Assembly (NCBI GenBank): GCA_036630325.1
Contig: CP142732.1
Coordinates: 124,001 to 188,000 of the forward strand
From: Vairimorpha necatrix
Lineage: Eukaryota
Direction: 5' to 3'
DNA length: 64,000 bases
Program-made: the position numbers and the translations under genes
Notes under the pieces: model-generated
What the model saw: only the letters and a program-made list of their open reading frames with translations
What the model was told of the DNA's origin: nothing
The model's database searches: none
Shown here: piece after piece, positions 47,801 to 59,603 of the stretch
How positions within the stretch are numbered: position 1 is the stretch's first letter
Layout: each line of letters begins with the position of its first letter

Positions 47801-50099
47801 ATAAGGGTAAAATATTTTTGAAAAAATCATCTAAAAAACAAAAATGTTTATAACTCAAGAAATGTTAATGCGAATGAAATTTAAACAAATCTGTAAAATT
47901 TCGACTCTTGGGGATATGGTTCGTAAAAAATATTTCCCCACTTTACGGTCAGTACCCGGATTCAGTACGTAAAATATTATGGAAGTCCGGGTTCTGACCG
48001 TTCTGACCGTTGCGCCCACTTTTCCATTCATCACTGAATGCCCTAATAAGTCTACCCTTTGTGTACAAAACACACTTTTCTCGGTACTTATTTTCAATCC
48101 ATTCGCTAACAGAACTTGAAGCACTTCTTTCACGTCCCTGTGATGTTCTTCGTGTGTTTTACTGTATATGGTAATATCGTCCATATAAACCACGACTTTT
48201 GAATTTATTAAATTCCTAAAAACTCCATACATGAGTCTCTGGAAGGTTGCGGGCGCGTTCGTTAATCCAAAAGGCATCTTACAATACTGAAATTTACCTA
48301 CTGGCGACATAAATGCCGTAAGCTCTTCCGACTCTGGGTCCATCGGTACTTGATGATAACCCTTTTCTAGATCTAACTGTGTGAACCATCTAGCTCCGCT
48401 CAGAGAGTTCAGACACTCTTCAATCGTTGGAGGTTGGCAAACTTCCTTCGCCGTCCGATTATTCAACTGACGATAATCTATACACATTCTGTGTCCTCCT
48501 GTGCGTTTCTTTACAACTACAATAGGCGCGTTCCACCTACTCACACTTTCTTTAATTATACCATTTTTAGCCAGTTACAGGCATTCATTAATAATAAATT
48601 CTTTCTTTTTGCCATCCATGGCATAGCTTCTCATATTTGCTATCGTCACGTTGGGAAGTAAATCAATTTTATGGGCTATTCCCAACGTGTTCCCGAGACC
48701 TTCTTCACGTCCATTCAGTCTTTTGAAGTACTCCTTTACCAATCCTAAGGAGGTGTCACACGCACTGTGCACACTTGGCTGACGTGATGTCTCTATGGAT
48801 AATTGTCTCAACTCGAGACAGTCCATATTCTTTTTCATGTATCCTGTTTTCATAATATTGTTCCTAAGGGTTACTCTCTTCTTTAGGAAATCAATCTTTC
48901 CTTCGTTTCTTGTTAGGAAGTCTCTACCTAATATTATGTCTTCACTTAAGGGACGCATCACTTGGAGTGGGATCCTATACTTCTTCCTCTCAATCTCCAG
49001 GACTTCTTCTATAGTACCATAACTTGAAACTATCCCAGTTGCGGTTGTTATGGGTTCTCTTTTAACATTTTTTATAACTTACATTTTTTGACTAAACTTT
49101 TGTCAATAAAAGAATGAGATACGCCTGTATCTAATAAGGCATCAACAAGTTTTTTATTAAGTTTAACTTTCAAATAGACTAAATCAGTTTTATTTTCTTC
49201 TTCATCAAAAAGTTTTTTCACCTCTTTAGTTTCTTTTGTCTGTCGACGCTTATCGCTTGGACACTTCTTTGCAACATGTGGTCCTCCACAGTTATAGCAA
49301 GCAAAGTTAATTTTAGATTCTTTTCCATGTTTACTTGCCGATATCAAATTTTTAGATTTCACTTCTATCGGCGATCTTCTAGGACTGTATAGTCCTTTAA
49401 TTAGCTTTTCATTTTCTTTTATGATTTTCAAAAGACTCTTCCAATCAATCGATGCTTTCACTTGTTCGAAAAGAACACTTGGGAAAAGCTCGATTAATTC
49501 ATTCTTTTGTACACTAAAATCAAGTTTAGATTTTCGGTTCTGTGCCATAATGTCAAGTATATATTCTTCGAAGTCATTATTTCGGGGACCTGATATTAAA
49601 AGTTTGTACATCTCTTTAGTCTCATTTTTTGTTGTACTTTGGGTTTTACTGAACCTGGTTGTGAAACTACTTTGAATGTGGTGAAATCCGTGTACTCGAT
49701 GTCTTCCAAAGCTACCATCCATTTCTTTGCTTTCCCCACAACATGTGGCTTCATATACGCGAGTAGTTTTCGCCTTTCCATTCTTCTTCCAAATAGGAAA
49801 ACTGTTCAAACCATGCCTCAACTTCTATGCCATCACTACCACCAAATGATCTTATGTCTTTCCTAGAACCCACTGTTTCTAATAACGTGCTCGGCCTGTC
49901 TTTACCTGCAGGTCTATCTTCGTTGTCGCCAATTTTGACGTTAGACGAAATATGAGATTTAGTTGAATTGTATTTATTTTTACCCATGATTGTCATTCCA
50001 AAAAGGTATTTATATTTATTTCTGAAACATTGTTTCAGAATGAAACGTTTTACTGATTAGAATTACCAATCATGATATCTGGACTATCCGCCGTCCACA
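44894..50099 (-). mobile_element. Ty3/Gypsy element F, disrupted, carrying a Merlin insertion
   Basis: 167-bp LTRs (44894-45060, 49933-50099), flanking repeat CATAAG, PBS TGGCGACAACG (tRNA-Ser-like). CYNCGGPHVAKKC, LLDTG, CIDYRQLN, YMDD, RNase H and integrase in pieces. Confidence 0.93.
46795..48016 (-). mobile_element. Merlin/ISXO2-like transposon inserted in the RT of element F
   Basis: TIRs GGCGCA(T/A)CGGTCAGAACCCGGACTT, 8-bp TSD CACTTTTC. Frameshifted transposase ~46885-47802 (TQTDET, ITDGHKSY, TNLIEGAW). Confidence 0.93.
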
Positions 50100-53044
50100 C
50101 ATAAGAACTTAAAGCATAAAGTTGTAAAAACATACAGAATTGTTTGTATATAATGATTCGAAGTCTTGTAAACAAGATGATTGCATATAATTACATTCGA
50201 AAAAAAGATATGATACAACCCTTTTAATCTCTCAACATTAAATTGGGCATTTAATAGTAATGAAGGTTTTTTATATTTAGCAAGGAGAGAGGTATCTTTC
50301 CCACAATTGCATTTTAGTCTCTTGGCTGTTGAATTTTTATTTATATCGATCAAGGGTTAGGTCATGATTTTTTTTTTATTTAATAACCTTAACTTGTTAT
50401 TGTATTCTATTTTAAGTATAAAATTATCACTGCAATGAATAGCTTTCTTGGCTTTGAACATTTTGTTTGTTTTTGCTGCCGATTTTATTAAATATCCATC
50501 TGTTTTATACAAATATATGGCGGGAGCTCATCAAAACAAGATTTTACATTCCTCCTAGTCAAATCGCAGTAGTTTCTGTGTAAAATTCTTACGGAAGAAT
50601 TAAAAATATCCGTTAATAACAATATTTTACTTAACACTTTGACATATTGGCCATTATATGTTCGAGTAACGACATAAATACATACAAAATAGAGATGTCT
50701 TAATTCTTTAAATGTTGATCTTTCTGTTTTTATGTTAAAAATCTTAGAGTGTATATTCTTAGATAATTTTCATTTGATTCAAAGATATAAAAACATATTC
50801 CATCATTAAAAGTTTGGGAGTTGAAACAGAGATAGGGGGTTTATCATATGCTACAGATTGCGTCTTATATTCAAATCTTTGATATAATGCGGGTTGTTTA
50901 TACTATATAAGAACATTTATATTAATTTTGAACTATCCAAATCTTAACAAATATCTCTAACTTCTCAAATTATCGCTTGTATAATACAAAAAAAATTCAT
51001 CTTCTCCATCTTTGATATTGTGATACGAGTAATTGTAATTTAGTATCTGTTATTACTTCGTTGGCGTGTTCCTTTTTGATTTTGTATTACAATCACGGGG
51101 AAAATAAATTTAACAAAAGCTTATATCGTTTACGGGATCTAATTGCCTTGTTTGCTTTTTCGGGTGTTTTATTGTATATTTTTTTAATCAACTCTGGAAT
51201 TTTCAAATTTGATGGCCACTTACAAAGCAATTTAAGAATGTAAGATACATTCCCCTTTGCTAAATACCCAGATTAAAATCAAGTACTTCACGCTATATTT
51301 CCGTGTTCCCATGATATTATCGTAGTCTCACAAATATGAACACGTTTTTATATCCTATTTCATTTTATTAGTTTTATAAAAGAACTTTGCAATCATTATC
51401 TCATTTATAAAGGTCGCCTGAATTTATGATTAAATATCGGCAAAAAAGAGTACGATGTATTTTAAATTCCATGCCCTTGAAACATTATGTTTTTGTCTCT
51501 AACGAATAAAACGAAGGGAAATCCTTATTTAACCAGACAAACATAAAAAACTCATAAATACTTTGATTAAAAGTAGATAAAGGGTTTATCGAATATTCTT
51601 TGGCATGTTTTTTATTCATTAAATTTTATGTAACATATTATCAACTTTTAGTTCTAAAATAGTTTTTTTTGTTGAAAACATGTGGAATTTTCATCTTAGA
51701 TAAGTATTTTTGTTTTTTTTTTCATTTGTCATTCCTGACAATATTCTATCTTTTCATTTGTGGCAAAAAGGATTATCTATGTGAAAAAAATATCGCTTTG
51801 TTTTGAAAATTCTATGTATAATTTTGATAATTTAAATATAATATGAAATTTGTTTTTTAAAATATAAGATGTCCTACCTCTCGTCAAATATATCTAGCTC
51901 ATAAGGAGATTCCCGCTTTCATGATTTGGCAGTTGCATAGAAGTTACACAAATCTATATTATGATTATCTTTACTCATTCATTTTCATTTTTATGTTCTC
52001 ATAAGATATAGCTTTGTAACTGTTGTGACATTCTCATGTCATTATTTACTTTAAATTTTTATTATTAAATACCCCTTAACTTGGATATGTCTAACATGGT
52101 GGAGAATATTTCAAAACAAGACATAGTGGAGTTACTGGCTGATCTCACCATACAAATAACTGTTAAAGATCTGAAAGCTACATTAAAAAAAACTAGAAAG
52201 AAAGCTTTTAAATCCTTAACGGATGAAGAAAAAATTGAGGAAATTTTGGACAAAGCAGATATGGCTATAATCGAAGCCCATGAATGCTTAGAAAGGGATA
52301 AAAAACTAAGAAAGGTTTCTTACGAAGCATGGAAAGAATACATGTTTTCCATTTTTAACAAAAAAAATATCTAAAAGAGAATTCCAGAAAAAGAAGAAAC
52401 ATGTTATGAATTTTTTATAAGGATGAGAAAATTGGGAGATGCTATTATTGATGATGATGAGCTTATACTAGAGAATAGTTACCATGGATTGAGGAATTTG
52501 AGAGAGGAATGTGTACAAACAACACCTAAGTAAAAAATAATTGATGAAGAATTCCTAGATACTATAAGGAAAATAGAGGTAATCAAGAGAGAAGCGTATT
52601 TCAGAAGACTTAATACAAAACAAAGCAGCGCAACGAGAACAGCCCATAAGAGACAGCTGAATAACGTCAAACGGTCGATGAAATTATTGAAGAAAATTTA
52701 GTTTATAACAAGGGTCTTCGGTTTAGGGCCATTTTTGACACAGGTTCGGAAATGGTTTTATAGCAAAACCGATACAAGCACTCTTGTAGATCGGAGCATC
52801 TTTATTGAAAACGCCGATCTATTTATATACCTGCCTATTAGAAGAATTTACGTTAGATGAATATGTGGAAATAGAATTTGAGCATAGCAAAGAACGCTAC
52901 AAAGAGAAGTTATATATTTTACCAACGCGAAATGATAAGACGGCGATGATAGGACGTAAATGGATGATAACACCAAAGCCCGCAAATCCTATCACTGTAA
53001 TAACAGATTTTAATGAAGAAATAAATAGATTATGTGCTTATAAG

Positions 53045-53298
53045 TGTGGTGTTACCACCAGGGAGGCGGCCTGTTTGTAAATAGCACTCGATCGTGCTCC
53101 TCCCTGCAATATAATGTTGATTGTTATTATAATTATTTTTATTGTTTGATTTAATAGACTCCTTGTTTTCTCTTCTCAGTTTCATCCTTATGTGTTTGGG
53201 GTAAAATAAAAGGAAAATATTTATAGCAAAATATTTTCTTGAAAATTCATTTGAAGGGAAATAAATAAAAATAAAATAATGTGGTAAATAATACCACA
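53045..53298 (-). repeat. 5' LTR (254 bp) plus ~20-bp internal stub of another family, inserted in element G
   Basis: TG...CA termini with a terminal hairpin. Encodes MKLRR...STIECYLQTGRLPGGNTT. Insert flanked by GAAAT(AAA); removal restores the host frame DFNEEIKNEGIKG. Confidence 0.8.
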
Positions 53299-55473
53299 GA
53301 AATAAAGAACGAAGGAATAAAGGGATTTGAATGTAATATATATACTGAGGATGGTAAAAAGGTTGTAGATAAGTCATATCGAATACCCCAAGCATGGGAA
53401 GGGAAAATTGAAAAAGAAATACAGAGATTATTATCCAACGAATATATTAGAGAATCTCACTCTACGTGGTTAAATAACGTTAGACTCGTCAAAAAAAAGA
53501 TGGAAGCATACGGCTTACGATAAATTTAATCAAACTGATCAAAATAGTGGCACTAGATAGTTTTACGCTACCAAAGATAGAAGAGCATATCTACCGCCTG
53601 GGAAAAAGCAGATATTTTATTAAGATAGATTTGAAGGAGGCATTCTTTTAGGTAAAGCTAAAAGAGGACGACATGATGAAAACAACTTTCAGGATAAAAA
53701 ACAAGACATATGAATCCACTAGGATGCCTATGGGGATTAAGAACTCCCAGCAATATTTCAAAGAATAGTTGATAAAGTTCTTAAGCAAGAAATTGGGAGA
53801 AATTGGGAGAAATTGTTTCGCGTATTTGGATGATATTCTAAAATATACTGAAACCATTGAAGAGCATATAAAGGCAGTGGGAAGAGTATGTAAATTACTT
53901 AACAACGCAGGATTCTTAGCAAATAAAAAAAAAGAAACTAATAAAAAAAAGAGATAAGTTTTTTGGGGTCACAACATAACGTATAATAAGATAACTCCGT
54001 TGGCAAATAATACTAAAGGAATAAAAAAATATACAACCCCGAGGAATGTAGATGAGGTACGAAAATTATTAAACATTGTAAATTATTACAAAAAATTTAT
54101 AAAGAATTGCGCAGAGATATGCTACCCACTAGTGATACTATTAAATAAGAACAACCGTTCATTTGGGGAAAAGAACAAGAAACGGCATTTCAAACGTTGA
54201 AAGATGCATTAATATCGGTTTTATGCTTGTATCAACCTGATTTTACACGAGACTTTGTATTAACAACAGACGCATCGAACACGGGATTAGGTGCCGTACT
54301 TGGCCAGGAAATAGACGGGAAAGAAAACTAATTGCGTTCGCCTCAAGGCAATTACGACAGGCCGTTGAAATTATACGATTACAGAAAAGGAAATGTTAGA
54401 CACATTTTGGCAATGGAACATTTAAAATATTTCTTCATCGGAAGGAAATTTACAATTTACACGGCTCATAAGGCACCGGAAGCCTTAAACTGTAAGGGTG
54501 AGATAAATTCTCCTAGGATAATAAGATGGATAGAACGATTACAGATGTACGATTTTATATTACGATACAAAACATCTACAGATTTGGAGCAAGTTTATGC
54601 TTTATTGGGGCATTACAGGACGAAAATGCTATTGAAGAAAAAGAAATTGTTGATATGATCATGAAGGTACACGAAAAATTAGTTCATAGAGGCGCAAAAG
54701 TTACTCTTTTTTCAAAAAAAAAGAAGGATGTAATTAAAGTATAACACTAAAGAGAGTAAAGGATGTTTTAAATAGATGTTATAAATGAAAGAGTTTAATC
54801 CGGCGAGAATTAAAGGATTCTGGCACGTGGAAGCATTTGAACCCGGAAAAAAGTTGCTTTTGACATCATAGGACCGATAGAAGATAGATATATAATTGCA
54901 GCTATAGACTATTTCTCAAGATTTGCTTTCGCAAAAGTATTTAAAACAAAAAGTAGTGATAACATATTGATGTTTTTGGAAATTGTACACAAAAAGGTGA
55001 ATATAAAGACACTGATATCAGACGGCGCAAAAGAAAATATAAGTGAAAAGACACGAAATTGGTTATTGGAGAATAAAAAAATACAGCATATTACCTCGCC
55101 CTACCACCATTCTTCAAACAACAGAATAGAAAGATTTAATAATACTGTGGGCGAAGGAATAAATAAGCAGGATAAGAGCATTAGACTGTCGAAGAGAGTA
55201 GATAAGATGATTGAGGCGTGTAATTGTATAAGCCACAGAGCAACGGGGATGACCCAAAAGAGGCATTGGAATTAGAGAACCTCTCGGAAGTTAAAAGAAA
55301 ACATTTTGAAAACAGAATAAATAGATACAAGAGTTTATTCAAACCCCCCCCCCCGAACATAAAAAGTTAGAACTTAGGGATTTAGTCATTATACAAGACC
55401 CTATACACAAATACAAAGGGCAACCAAAGTTTGTAGAAACAGGAGAAGTTATAGGCATTTTGACTAACGATAC

Positions 55474-55724
55474 TGTTGTAGACTGTTAGTCTTCAACATT
55501 TATTTTATTTCCTTCCCTATCAAAACTATCATTGAATTTTCATGAATAAAATTTACTATAAATATATTTTCAGAAAAGGAAGGGTACACAAAAGGAGATA
55601 GATGAGAGGACCAAAGAGCGTCATTTTAGAGAGTTCAGAGGGACTGTAACAAATAAAAAACAATTTATTAAAAGTATTTTAGAATATTACTTTATAACCG
55701 GGAGGGTTTCCCCGGGATACCACA
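55474..55724 (+). repeat. Solo LTR (251 bp)
   Basis: TG...CA termini, TSD GATAC, ends GGATACCACA like elements B and H, encodes SILEYYFITGRVSPGYH. Confidence 0.88.
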
Positions 55725-58700
55725 GATACATATAAAATCAGTAGTAATGGGGAAATAAGTAAAAAACACGCTACGCAGATTAGAAAAATTGACGAAGACG
55801 ATTATTTCTCATAGAGGGGGGATGTTGTGACATTTTCATGTCATTGTTTATTTTATATTTTTATTATTAAATACCCCTTAACTTGGATATGTCTATCAGT
55901 AACATAAACAAATTTTACTAGCTGCAAACTTTTCATATTAAATTAGAGATGAATTTCAGTCTATAAAAACATTAATCATAAAATTTTACGCTAAAAGAGA
56001 AATACTTACGCTCTAGTATTAAGTTTTTGTTATTGAATTTGATATAATCAAAACAGTACTATTGAAATGACGAAAAAGCATACTCAGATTTTTTATACAA
56101 AATAAAATCTAACATCTCTATCATTTTGTATAATTTTTAAAATTATCAGGAATATGGATTGTGTACATCAAAATTTTTTATAATTTGTATATATATTATA
56201 GAGGCATCTAAACATCTCTAGGAACGATGGCATTGTAAATTAGTGTGGTATCCACCACTTAAGAACATGTCAAGAATATTAATATTTATTTGTTTGTTTA
56301 CCGTATTGGTTATTCTTCTTGTTTCCTGTTCTTTATTCATCTCGTACCCCTGGATGGATAAAATGTTTAAATATTTATCGGAGGGAAAAGTATTGGACTT
56401 GGAGGGAAAGATGTCAAATTTGGAGGGAAATGTTAGTAAACATATCGTATGATATTTAGGATATCATAATCTGCCTCTCCCATCATTTTAGAGTTTGGTG
56501 TCGGCAATGTGAATCCACTCGTAGACTCCTTTGACTTTGAACCACCTGCCATTCTTACCAACTGATTCTACTAGGTATGGTCCCGTGATCGCCTTTTCCC
56601 ACTTCTTAGCTAGAAAGTTTCTTACATACACCTTATCTCCGATTTTTACTTTCTTGATCTTTTTCTTCTCCAGATTCTTCTTCGCGGTCTTTGTTATCTT
56701 CTTAAGCCGCACTCTTTCTTTAGGGTCAAATTGATTATTCCCCGTGACTAGCTCTTCCGGGGCGCAGCCTATTGATCTTCTGAAGTTTTTATTTAATCTA
56801 ATTTCGATGTTTTCTAGTATTTTCTCAAGCGGCTCTGATTTGTATAACCTGATTATTTCCGATATAGTGGTATTTGTTCTCTCACAGATGCCATTGCTCT
56901 GTGGGTGGTATTTTGGTACATGTATGAGATTTATATTATTTTCGTTTGCAAAGTTTTTAACTAGATTACTTGTATACTGTGTTCCGTTGTCTGTAATTAT
57001 AGTTTTAGGATAATGGAACTCCCTGCACCATTTTTCAAAACACTCGACCACTCTATTGTTTGTGATTTCTCTTAATTTATACGCCTTTGTATACCTGGTA
57101 TAAACGTCGATGATCGTCAATATGAACCATTTTTTATTGTTTATCCTTGATGGACCGTATATATCTGAACATATTTTTTCAAACGGTGTTTTGGCTGTGA
57201 TTCCCATTTTATCTTCGAGTTTGTGATAGCTAAATTTTTTGTTATGTTTACAGTTTTGACAACTGCTGACTACCCTTTTAATAATTTCTTTCATTTTGTA
57301 TATATAGTAATAATCTTTCAAGTTATAATATAAGACAAACATTCCTGCATGCTTGCTTTTTAAATGCATGCTTTTAATAAAATTTTCACTTTCACTAGAC
57401 TTTATGTGTAGTTTGTCGTTTTTCTTAGTTCCCGGAACAGCTAAGGTTTCCTTAAATACTTCCTTTTCTTCTTTTTCATTGTCTGTTTTAATTTGTAATA
57501 TTTCTTCTGTGGCGACCGTGATAGATGATCCGCAATTACATTTCTTTTTCCCTCTATGCCTTCTAGTGTAAGATTATATTCATTGAGCATCATCTTCCAT
57601 CTTATCATTCTGCTATTATTATTTTGGGTATCAAATAGGCAATTTCTGTTATCGCACATAACTTTAACTGGGTATCCCATGACAATTCCTTTAAAGAATA
57701 TTAGGCTTTGCAATATATTGAACATTTCTTTTAGACAATTGTGTAGTTTGCTTCGGCGTCGGTAAATTTCTTGCTGTAATAACCTATGCATCCGTGTTGT
57801 TGAAACAATACCGCTCCCATGGCTTTCTCCGATGCATCAGTTTGTAGACAAAATTCTTCCCCATATTTCGGGGCCACCAGTTTTCCATTTTCCTTAATTT
57901 CATTGACTAAGGCCCGTATATTTTGCTTCTCGCTCTCTGTTAATTCTATCTTTTGCTCAGCTCCCTTCAGCTTATCAGTTAAATTCATGACTTTGGCACT
58001 AAAATTGGGCACAAACTCTCTGTACCAGTTTAAGATTCCTAGGATTTTCTGTAGCTCCCGTAGTTTTGTTATATCTAACTTTACTAATACTTTACCTATA
58101 TTACTTACATTAGGCTTTATTTCCTTTTCATTTATAATCATGCCTAACATCTCGACTTCTTTAACCGCAAATATACTCTTTTCGAAGTTAATTTTTATTT
58201 TATAACTGGATAATCTGTCTAGTACTTGGTTTAAAATCGTATTATGTTCCTCTTTGGTTAAGGTGTATATTAAAATATCATCAATATATACTACTACATT
58301 GGGTATCTCTGCCAATATTTTATTTATCGTTCTTTGAAATAGTTTGGGGCCTGATTTAATGCCGAATGGGATTCTTGTATATTTGTAAACATTTCCTAAA
58401 ATTTTAAAACTGGTCAGACTCATGGAATTTTCTTCTATGGGTACCTGATTGAATCCGTTTTTTAGGTCGATTTTAGTGAAATACTTTGCACTTTTGACCT
58501 CGTTCATCATATCTTTTATCTTAGGTAGTAAATCCATTTTATCAACTATATTATGCTTCAATTCCCTATAATCTACTACTAGCCTTATTTCGTTATTTTT
58601 CTTGGCAATGACGAATGCGGGGCTGCTGTACTTACTTTCACTGTATTTGATAATTTTCTCTTTCAACAGTCTTTTTATCTCCTGCTTAGTTGCATCAAGG

Positions 58701-59603
58701 TACTTGTGTGGGATCGTGTATTTTTTATTTGTCAGTCTTAAGTTCCCTTTGCTGCTCAGTTCAAATGCAATTCTCTTGATTTTCATCTCTTTGAATAACT
58801 CATTGTTTTTCATGTATTTTAATATCTTCGAGGTGTTCTCGGTGCTGACATTCTTTTCGTTTATGGCAAAACATCTTTGCAATAGTAAATCTCTGTTTTC
58901 CTCGTATGGAAGTGGTAATCCGTTAACCATATTGATAATCCTTTGGTTATTACAGATTGTTTGGGTGGCAAAGTTGAGGATGATTTGATTCTCACTTAAG
59001 AATTCTACCCCCAAGATTATGTCGGCCGATAGTTCTCTTATTACGTGCAGTCTTGTTGGGTTTTCAATATTTAGACTGCTTATTCGAATGTTTTCTTCTA
59101 TAATCTCTCCTGACATCTCCTGGTGTCCGTTACCAAATATAAAGTTTACTCCGATGCCCTTCCTCGTAGTGATCCCTAGTTGGTTCACCTTGTCTACGCT
59201 TACTAGGTTTTTAGTGCAGCCCGTATCCAATATGGCGATTACAGTCTGGCCGTTAATATACACGGGTAGTTTTACTGTTAGATACTCGGATTTTTCTTTT
59301 AAAATTACTTTACAATGGGAAAACATAATATCTTTATTGGATTTAAATTCCTCTTTCTTTATTTTGCTACTCCTATCTTCGTTTCTTTTATTCCTACTAA
59401 AGCAGTCACTAGTGTTATGTGTTCTTGACCTATACAAGCTACACCATCGATTCATTTCATTTCGTAGCATTGGTTCTCTAACGTCGGTCGAGGTACTTCT
59501 GGCTCGATCTAAATCACTATGTATTCTAGCGATTAGTTCCTTCTCCAGAGTTATTAGTAAGTGTATAATTTCTTTGATGTTCTTTACGCCAGCTTTCATA
59601 ACA

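Larger units (their letters stand above)
52021..55898 (+). mobile_element. Ty3/Gypsy element G with 76-bp LTRs, degraded, with two LTR insertions
   Basis: LTRs 52021-52096 and 55823-55898, TSD GTAAC, PBS TGGTGGAGAAT, PPT AGAGGGGGGA. IFDTGS, YLDD, RNase H and integrase remnants. Confidence 0.92.
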
